Below, piece after piece: positions 1-5,872 of a stretch of DNA of 5,872 bases. The position numbers and the translations under genes are program-made. Within the stretch, counting starts at the first letter, position 1. Every line of letters begins with the position of its first letter. This DNA is from a virus. Taxonomy: Duplodnaviria; Heunggongvirae; Uroviricota; Caudoviricetes. The DNA lies in IMG/VR virus record IMGVR_UViG_3300011888_000020. One strand, written 5' to 3'. The notes under the pieces were generated by a model. It was not told the DNA's origin and searched no databases. It saw nothing but the letters and a program-made list of their open reading frames with translations.

Positions 1-3
1 CCC

Positions 4-57
4 TTACTTGTTCAGGTTGTATTGTTCTTTCTTTGTAATTTGTTGATTTTCTTGCAT
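4..57 (-). other. Short ttcA-like 5' coding fragment at the prophage left junction (17 codons, MQENQQITKKEQYNLNK, then TAA at 4-6)
   Basis: Minus-strand ATG at 57-55 translates to MQENQQITKKEQYNLNK, which I recognise as the N-terminus of E. coli TtcA, the gene Rac is known to integrate into. The frame hits TAA at 6-4 instead of continuing. Too short and too close to the window edge to call a gene. Confidence 0.3.
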
Positions 58-108
58 TATTTCAGTTCTCTGGTACTAAATGGGGCAAATTGGGGGCAAA
101 CTTTGCAA

Positions 109-1344
109 CTACGATAACCGCGCATTCAACATGGCTATCTGTTCGTCGTTCATGTCATCAATCCACATACCGTAAATTTCATACACCATCTGCGCAGTTT
201 CATGCCCCATTTGGCTGGCTATAAATGCCGGGTTCGCTCCTGCCGTCAACAGCCAGCAGGCAAAAGTATGCCGCGTATGGTACGGATTACGGCGGCGAAT
301 ACCAGCACGTTTTACTGCTGCATTCCACCTTGCCCCCAAACTGCTTACCGAGTAATAAGGTTTTTGTTTTCCGTTACACACCCTGGGCATGAAAACAAAA
401 TGCAGTTTTTGCTTTTCGGTTCTGCCGTACTCCCGATGATAAAAGGTGATTTCGCTTTTGCGATGATGCCCGGTCAGTTTGTATTGCTCCTTCAGTGCTT
501 CAAGAGCAGGCTGCAGTAGTGTTACTGTTCGGATCCCGGCATTTGTTTTTGGGGGACCGAACATATCAAGTATCGTCAGGTTTCTTCTGACATTCACTAT
601 TCCCTTTTCGAGATCCACATCCTCCCACGCCAGAGCTGCCAGTTCCCCGTGACGAAGTCCTGAGTAAACGGCAAATTTCCACAAGTTCTGGCTCTGTCCT
701 TTTTCACTTTCCATTAATGCATTGAATTCTGTTTTAGATAACGGATCAGGCTTTATTCTGTTTCGCTGTAATTTTTTTACTCCTTCAAATGGTTTGGTTG
801 ATATAAATCCCGACTGATACGCAAAACGCAACAGCGAACAGAGCAGGGCGATATAGTTATCAACTGTGCGCACGGTTCTTCCTTTTTTGTTGGATCTTGG
901 ATTATCCAGGTAAAGCGTTTCTCCATGCAGCAGTTCATTCCGGTAGTTTAAGATATCGCTATAACGAATATGTGATATCGGGGTACTTTCACAAATTATT
1001 ATTCTGAGTGTTTTTAATTGTGATTTCGTTTTCTTCATTGTGTTTGTTGTTAACTCTGTCTCTTTAATTTTTGTCCAGATATCACAAAGCTCTCCGAACG
1101 TTTTTATGACTCTCGTTGTCACCATTTTTGCCCCAGTGCTGGACTGGGGAAAACGTCTTAAATACTCAAATTCACCGGAGTTTATTTCATGAACTATCAG
1201 CGATCTTAAATTTCCGGCCTTTTTAATATTACTGTTTGTAATCTCCCAGCCTTTTAATGTTTCCCGACATCGTTTTCCTCGAAACATGAACCAGATGCGA
1301 ATGTATCTACCTCTAATCTCGACACCTGTTGGTAATTTAGACAT
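109..1344 (-). CDS. intR: Phage tyrosine integrase (Rac prophage IntR), 411 aa
   Basis: ATG at 1344-1342 to TAG at 111-109. Translation carries tyrosine-recombinase hallmarks: GLRHGEL (box I Arg), HTRHTFA (H-x-x-R) and C-terminal GHETAQMVYEIYGMW with the catalytic Tyr. The start lies 1 nt after the ydaQ stop, a classic xis-int arrangement. The protein matches my memory of K-12 IntR. Confidence 0.93.
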   Translation of the reverse strand: MSKLPTGVEIRGRYIRIWFMFRGKRCRETLKGWEITNSNIKKAGNLRSLIVHEINSGEFEYLRRFPQSSTGAKMVTTRVIKTFGELCDIWTKIKETELTTNTMKKTKSQLKTLRIIICESTPISHIRYSDILNYRNELLHGETLYLDNPRSNKKGRTVRTVDNYIALLCSLLRFAYQSGFISTKPFEGVKKLQRNRIKPDPLSKTEFNALMESEKGQSQNLWKFAVYSGLRHGELAALAWEDVDLEKGIVNVRRNLTILDMFGPPKTNAGIRTVTLLQPALEALKEQYKLTGHHRKSEITFYHREYGRTEKQKLHFVFMPRVCNGKQKPYYSVSSLGARWNAAVKRAGIRRRNPYHTRHTFACWLLTAGANPAFIASQMGHETAQMVYEIYGMWIDDMNDEQIAMLNARLS

Positions 1345-1345
1345 A

Positions 1346-1561
1346 TCATGAGTCTTTGATAAACTGATTTATCTTTGGATAGTTGTACCAGATAATCCCT
1401 CGTTTGCTGTCTGGCTTACCTAAAGGAGATACTCGTTTGAAGTGGAAGCCCTCCACCCAACAGTTCTGGCGGTATGCTTCAATTTGTCTGGCCCCCAGAC
1501 CAGTGCGAAGCATCAGGCCGTATTCAACCATCCACTCTTCATTAAAGATTACTTGTGCCAT
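1346..1561 (-). CDS. ydaQ: Small excisionase-like protein (YdaQ/XisR), 71 aa
   Basis: ATG at 1561-1559 is preceded by GAGGTGA. The track's longer ORF begins at a TTG at 1585 with no Shine-Dalgarno. The stop TGA at 1348-1346 is 1 nt from the int[19 protein letters not shown]... matches my memory of Rac YdaQ. Confidence 0.82.
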   Translation of the reverse strand: MAQVIFNEEWMVEYGLMLRTGLGARQIEAYRQNCWVEGFHFKRVSPLGKPDSKRGIIWYNYPKINQFIKDS

Positions 1562-1639
1562 CGCATCACCTCTGGCAGGCGCCAATGTTAGACTGAAATT
1601 GACGCCCGATGTTGATTATTAATAATCAGCTATGAAGTT

Positions 1640-1849
1640 TTAATTTGAATACAATGCAATTCTCGAGGACTGAAGTTTCTCGCAATTAAAATTTATCAGT
1701 TTTACTTTCTGCTCTCTGGAAACGCCTGCTTCTTTTTTACCTGAGAGCATTTTTTCGCATTCTGATTTCGTTAGTTTAGATTTTGAATATCTTGTCCAGT
1801 TAGTAGAAGTGCCACCTTCCTTTTCAATAGTGGCGGTAATTTTATACAT
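1640..1849 (-). CDS. ydaC: Rac prophage small protein YdaC, function unknown, 69 aa
   Basis: ATG at 1849-1847 is preceded by a strong GGAGG (minus strand, rc of 1851-1860) with a 5-nt spacer. The track's 93-aa version starts at ATG 1921 with no Shine-Dalgarno and overlaps ralR. MYKITATIEKEGG... matches my memory of YdaC. Confidence 0.78.
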   Translation of the reverse strand: MYKITATIEKEGGTSTNWTRYSKSKLTKSECEKMLSGKKEAGVSREQKVKLINFNCEKLQSSRIALYSN

Positions 1850-2036
1850 GAACACCTCCATTATTATTTCCAGTGGTTCGTTTATTCCATCTTTCGAGTG
1901 CTTCTTTTTCACTTCCACCATAACCGGTTCGGGATTCGCATCCGTTACACTTCGCTCGGTAATATCCTGAAATGGCTTTCACCGTTACTGATGGACAACC
2001 ACAAAATGGACATGGTTTAACATTGTCATATCTCAT
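1842..2036 (-). CDS. ralR: RalR / Lar-family restriction alleviation protein, 64 aa, four-Cys zinc-ribbon-like motif
   Basis: ATG at 2036-2034; an in-frame ATG 12 nt upstream (2048-2046) is an alternative start. The protein MRYDNVKPCPFCGC...KCNGC has CxxC...CxxC. Its 3' end overlaps the ydaC start by 8 nt. Matches my memory of K-12 RalR. Confidence 0.85.
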   Translation of the reverse strand: MRYDNVKPCPFCGCPSVTVKAISGYYRAKCNGCESRTGYGGSEKEALERWNKRTTGNNNGGVHV

Positions 2037-2063
2037 AATTTTTCTCATAAAAAATATTTCAAG

Positions 2064-2086
2064 TTGGCGGTGCATTACACCGCCAG
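2064..2086. promoter_or_regulatory. Intergenic stem-loop between recT stop and ralR start (GGCGGTG / CACCGCC, 5-nt loop)
   Basis: A perfect 7-bp GC-rich inverted repeat at 2066-2072 / 2078-2084, extendable by one T-A pair and a wobble pair. On the minus-strand transcript it is followed after about 10 nt by a U-run (AACUUGAAAUAUUUUUU) just before the ralR ATG. Confidence 0.4.
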
Positions 2087-2092
2087 GCTGAA

Positions 2093-2902
2093 TTATTCCT
2101 CTGAATTATCGATTACACTGTATTCCCCGGTTAATACAGAGGAATCTGCAGGATCGATTGTCAGTGGTTCCTTTTCATCCATTGATACTGCACGCTGGAT
2201 CTCAATTGATACGGGCAGATATTTGAACAGGCGACGAATAGCCGTTTTCTTTGCCATTTCTTCCCAGTGAGTTACCCACGGCCCGTTATTACCAGCTTTA
2301 CTCAGGCTGCGCACCAGCTCAATCTGTTTGCGCGTCATAACTTCAAACTGAGTACCTCCGTCTTTCAGTCTTGCGACAGCATAGACGTGGGTAACCGGGG
2401 CATCTTCGTTTTCTCCCGGGCGGTGTATTAACTTTTCATCAAGGCCAAATTCGAAGCTAAACTCGTCACCTTCACGGACAACACGGGCTGACAGGCTGGC
2501 GATTTGACCAGAACGGCGAGCCAGATCAATCATGCCGCGATAGCCAATGATTAGCTGAACGTTCTTTTTACCGCTCTTTTCGTTTTTATTACCAAAAGGC
2601 AGTAAATATGCATGACCGAGGGCGCTACCTGGCTCAAGTCCGAGCTGTGAACACTGTACGATCGCACTGACAAAACTCATAGTGTCACAGTTTCCTAACG
2701 CCGGAACTTTACGAATTTCTGTGGTGGCGATACGGATCATACGTTCAGCCGTCATATGGCGTGGAAGAGCTGCTGCCAGTTGCTCTTTCATTGATGGCTG
2801 GTTAATAAAACTAATCACGTCGCTATTTTTAACTGCTGCTGGTGCACGGTTTCCCTGAGTTTTTTGCAGATCGGCTTTTGCGATTGGTGGTTGCTTAGTC
2901 AT
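2093..2902 (-). CDS. recT: RecT single-strand annealing protein (RecT/Red-beta family), 269 aa
   Basis: ATG at 2902-2900 is preceded by AAGGA with an 8-nt spacer. The track's 288-aa ORF starts at a CTG at 2959. The stop is TAA at 2095-2093. [24 protein letters not shown]... matches my memory of K-12 RecT. The recE stop overlaps recT codons 2-3. Confidence 0.95.
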
Positions 2903-5445
2903 TTGCATATTCCTTAGCCCAGCGGGGCAGTGATAATGTCTTAATAGCTGGCCATTCATCGGTATTCAGGCAGTCAGACAGGGTTCGCAGATTGCGGTGA
3001 TATTCCTGTTGACCTGCCAGTTTTGCTTCTTCGCCCATCATGAAAATTTCAACCGGATAACGTCCGCATTCAATAGTTGTGCTGGCAACCAGAAAAACGA
3101 AAGTTGGCTGCACTCCAAACTGTGCTTCATAACCGTCACTGTAGAATGCATCCTGAACGTGATAGCGGTAGTCGTAATAAGCGGTTTNNNNNNNNNNACG
3201 GCCATGATCCAGTGAAATTCAGGGATAATTTTGTCCGGACGGCACCGACACAAAATTCCTGTTTCAGGATCTTCCCAGTAAATTGATGATTCAGCGTGTC
3301 CGGCGCTTTCAACAAGCCATTGCCCCAGCGGCAAAGCCATAACGCTTTGATACATGAGTTCAATTTTCCGGCCTTCTTCCGCAGTGATAACCGTTTTTCC
3401 TGTGCTTGCGCATTCCATCAGAAACGCTTTCTCTTCTTCTTTTCCGGCGTTTGTACGGCGGTTAAATTCAGGTGCTACGATAAAGCGGTTACTGAATTCT
3501 TCCTGTTCAAGTACCCGGCAGTGGAAAGCAGTTCCTAAATCGAGCGTTTTTGTCTTTGTGGTGTCCACGGGGGCATTTTTACGCCACAAATATAGTGCCG
3601 GAGTATCAGCAATGTCATCGAGCTGAGACTTACTGATACCGGGACCCGCGTGGTAATTCTCATTCGAAATTCCGTAATAAATACCTGGCTCTATGTCTTC
3701 TACGATTACGGGATCTGCGACTTCGCCAGTTTCATCACTGCAATCGCGATGCGGATCGCTGCCAGCATTCTCATTGTGCGGATGTTCAGCGCCTTCCATT
3801 TCCTCCGGATCATTTTCCTTAGCTTCAACCTGACTCTCTTCATCACCGCACCACAGTCAGGGCAGTTATCCCCGCCAGTCTGGCCGCAGGCATTGCAGGC
3901 TATTTCCGGTTCCTGTTGCACTACTGGCTCAGGTTGATTCATATCCGGGCTGGTTTTTTCCGTTTCTGGCTGGTTCTGGTACACACAATCGCGAGTCTGG
4001 ATCCCCTTTACCCATTTCGGATCGTTCGGGTCGCTAATTCCGTCAACAAATTCACCACGTGATGCAGCAAGCAATTTATCGGCATCGACAGGATTTTTTG
4101 ATGGAATGTTTTTCCGGGCTTCATGGAGTTCTGCCCGCAGTTCCTGATATTTCGCATCAACAGAATTTACCTGTGACTGAGCATCCAGCGGCTGCGTGTC
4201 CTGATGATGTTCAGTTGCGTCCTGTTCCATTGTTTCAGCCTCTCCCTGTTCAACTGCCGTTGTTCCAGATGGTTGCGGTTTTTCTTCATCATCCTGTTTT
4301 CCTTCTTCTGTTACTCGCTGCGGCATCGGGGCAGAGGAGCGACCGCAGGCAATATCCACGATTTCCGGATCAGGGTTGGCATGATCGGTTTCAGTCAGTA
4401 CTTTGTTCAGATATTCAGTGACGTGCGCGGGGATGACCTCGATCCCAATTGGTGCTTCTTTTACGGACGCAACCACGATGGCGCGGGAATAATCCAGCCC
4501 GCCAGGCATGGTGATGAATTTGTCGCGGAAAACAGAAAAGGGCGGTTTATTTTCAGCGATAATTTCCTCAATGCGTTTAGCGTGTGCCGGATGAAGGTTA
4601 TAGATGTCCAGATCCATTGAACGGGCCAGTACGCCAGTGGCTACGTCGCGCGCCAGTGACGTCAGATCGTGTACGAAACCTTCGCCGCGATCGGTGAGGC
4701 TTCCGCCGCCAGCATTAGCACCGGAAGCCGTGCGAGTGATGTGTGAAACACGATTACCCTTCATCCACTCTTTTGTCAGCAGTCCTCGATCGGTGTAGTC
4801 AGCGTTCAGGTATGCTTCGAAAAAAGCAGTTATCAGTCCCAGGTTTGAATTACCAGGATTAGGGAAAACTTTGTCAGTGTCACGAACCAGTTTGTGGAGT
4901 TCGCGAATTTCCAGCGGGTCGAGCAGGCTGGTTTTGTGGGAAACAGCCAGGGCAGTAACAGCCGGTAGTTCTTCAGCCCGAGCAATGTGTAATGCCTGGA
5001 GTCCGTCGCGTGAAACGTGCGTTACCGGTTTTTCGCTGCCGTGTTGAGCAAGCCAACGAATGGGCAGTTCCTGGCCAGAAATTGGGAGTAGCATATTCTC
5101 CTCAATCTCAGTCATGTCTTCGCCGTTGACGTTGGTATTGCCTTGATAGTGAGCGTTGTCTGGTGCTGCTCCCGGTTTTAGTTCCCATGTCATGGAGTCT
5201 TTGCTGAGTTGATAGCGTTCACTCCAGGTAAAATCGATCTCACCTTCAGCGGGCAGGTCATTAACGACAGGAAAATTCGTGGCAACAGCTTTAAAATAGC
5301 TGCTCAGTTTTTTACCTGACTTAACGATCAGGTAGTCCAGAGTGGCACAGGTCGATTCAAAATCGTTGCTTGCCCACAGGACGACGTCAGGTTCACCGGA
5401 TGATTTTTTCGCTTTCCGTAACAGGAAGAGTGGTTTTGTGCTCAT
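2895..5445 (-). pseudogene. recE: recE (exonuclease VIII), disrupted in this sequence by a frameshift after codon 535 and an N-run in the nuclease domain
   Basis: Three minus-strand ORFs in three different frames each match contiguous parts of RecE: 5445-3706 (residues 1-535 plus a 44-aa out-of-frame tail), 3799-3198 (MEGAEHP...[14 protein letters not shown]) and 3187-2895 ([29 protein letters not shown]...KEYAND). The start ATG at 5445-5443 has GAGG upstream. The stop TAA at 2897-2895 overlaps the recT start. Confidence 0.88.
3188..3197. other. Run of 10 N (assembly gap or masked bases) inside the recE nuclease domain
   Basis: Directly visible in the sequence. It sits between the third base of the Val codon at 3199-3197 and the first base of the Lys codon at 3188-3186. 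The recE frame differs on the two sides, so the N count does not equal the true length. Confidence 0.95.
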
Positions 5446-5516
5446 TGTTTTTTAACCTCAACTCAGATTAAAATTCGTTTTGTTCAGTGAATGATCTTGC
5501 CGGATACACACTGTTC

Positions 5517-5541
5517 ATAGCCTGCGTCATACGCAGGCTAT
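5517..5541. terminator. Perfect 11-bp stem / 3-nt loop hairpin directly downstream of the racC stop and upstream of recE
   Basis: ATAGCCTGCGT-cat-ACGCAGGCTAT pairs perfectly (5517-5527 with 5531-5541). On the plus strand it is followed by TTCTTTC (intrinsic-terminator-like). On the minus strand it is preceded by an A-rich run and not followed by a U-tract. Confidence 0.45.
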
Positions 5542-5546
5542 TTCTT

Positions 5547-5822
5547 TCAGATTTCACCTTTTAATTTCATTGCAATTAGAGTTGCCAGAAATTCGGCTTT
5601 TTTTTCTGTGGGCAGATTCTTTCCGATATGCACCAGGCACATTTTTTTGACACCTTCATCAAGTGTTTTTACGTTGCCTGATGGACCATCGATATCAACC
5701 ACAGTGAATGGGGTTTCTTTATTTTCTGTTTTAATTACGTAGCCAATGCGCTTTCCTTCCAGATTCACCTCGTGAACAATGTCATCGGTAGTTACAACAG
5801 TGGCTTCATAATTGGTAATCAT
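5547..5822 (-). CDS. racC: Rac prophage protein RacC, function unknown, 91 aa
   Basis: ATG at 5822-5820 is preceded by AAGGAG with a 6-nt spacer; the stop is TGA at 5549-5547. MITNYEATVVTTDDIVHEV... matches my memory of RacC. The start overlaps the upstream ORF's stop as ATGA. Confidence 0.85.
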   Translation of the reverse strand: MITNYEATVVTTDDIVHEVNLEGKRIGYVIKTENKETPFTVVDIDGPSGNVKTLDEGVKKMCLVHIGKNLPTEKKAEFLATLIAMKLKGEI

Positions 5823-5872
5823 GTTTTCTCCTTTATTAAGGTTGAGGGAATACCTGCCATTTTCTGCATAAA
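5819..5872 (-). CDS. 3' end of an upstream ORF running off the right edge (probably the Rac ydaE-equivalent, by position)
   Basis: An open minus-strand frame from the window edge ends ...FMQKMAGIPSTLIKEKT with TGA at 5821-5819, overlapping the racC ATG. Only 17 codons are visible. The ydaE assignment is by synteny only. Confidence 0.4.
   Translation of the reverse strand, partial: FMQKMAGIPSTLIKEKT

Noticed and set aside
202-519. Plus-strand 105-aa ORF antisense to intR
   Set aside because: Lies entirely inside the well-supported intR coding sequence on the opposite strand; no Shine-Dalgarno and no recognisable protein features. A shadow ORF.
1562-1585. Longer ydaQ ORF starting at 1585 (79 aa)
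   Set aside because: The start is a TTG with no Shine-Dalgarno. The internal ATG at 1561 has GAGGTGA upstream and gives the 71-aa protein I recognise.
1383-1622. Plus-strand 79-aa ORF antisense to ydaQ
   Set aside because: Overlaps ydaQ on the opposite strand and has no recognisable features. A shadow ORF.
1850-1921. Longer ydaC ORF starting at ATG 1921 (93 aa)
   Set aside because: No Shine-Dalgarno at 1921 and it would overlap ralR by about 80 nt. The ATG at 1849 has a strong GGAGG.
2037-2075. Longer ralR ORF starting at 2075 (77 aa)
   Set aside because: That start falls inside the intergenic hairpin loop with no Shine-Dalgarno. Annotated at 2036, with 2048 noted as a possible alternative.
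2064-2270. Plus-strand 68-aa ORF antisense to the 3' end of recT
   Set aside because: Shadow ORF inside recT; its start lies within the intergenic hairpin.
2903-2959. Longer recT ORF starting at 2959 (288 aa)
   Set aside because: The start is a CTG inside recE coding sequence. The ATG at 2902 has AAGGA at proper spacing and gives the 269-aa RecT.
2997-3363. Track ORFs containing XXXX (2997-3215 plus strand, 3077-3286 plus strand, 3136-3363 minus strand)
   Set aside because: They read through the 10-N run, so they are artefacts of the gap, not real coding frames.
3296-4798. Several plus-strand ORFs (3296-3538, 3354-3626, 3650-3937, 4059-4421, 4204-4620, 4604-4798) antisense to recE
   Set aside because: All lie within recE on the opposite strand and overlap each other in different frames, which is typical of spurious ORFs opposite a long gene of about 50% GC.
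1-5872. A novel defence or other undescribed system, CRISPR array, tRNA, rRNA or IS element
   Set aside because: Every coding segment corresponds to a known Rac prophage gene in the expected order, and the intergenic spacers are short (at most about 100 nt). No repeat-spacer arrays, tRNA-like sequence or terminal inverted repeats were seen.

Overview
This window is the integrase-proximal (left) arm of a Rac-type lambdoid cryptic prophage of Escherichia coli, with every gene on the minus strand. Reading right to left: a partial upstream ORF (probably ydaE), racC, recE (exonuclease VIII), recT, ralR (Lar-family restriction alleviation protein / type I toxin), ydaC, ydaQ (xisR-like excisionase) and intR (tyrosine integrase), followed by a short ttcA-like 5' fragment at the left edge. 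Identifications rest on the translated ORFs, which I recognise as the K-12 Rac proteins, on catalytic motifs visible in the translations, and on start codons chosen by Shine-Dalgarno context instead of the longest alternative-start ORFs in the track. The layout parallels lambda int-xis ... exo-bet ... ral. I do not see a novel system: no CRISPR array, tRNA, IS element or unexplained gene cluster, and all coding space is accounted for. The notable points are lesions in recE as it stands in this sequence: a frameshift after codon 535, a run of 10 N inside the nuclease active-site motif, and an apparent Asp759-to-Ala codon beside that gap. Two perfect intergenic hairpins (racC-recE and recT-ralR) and a left-edge junction that does not read through as intact ttcA are also worth a look. 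Comparisons to K-12 are from memory of the protein sequences, not from a database search.
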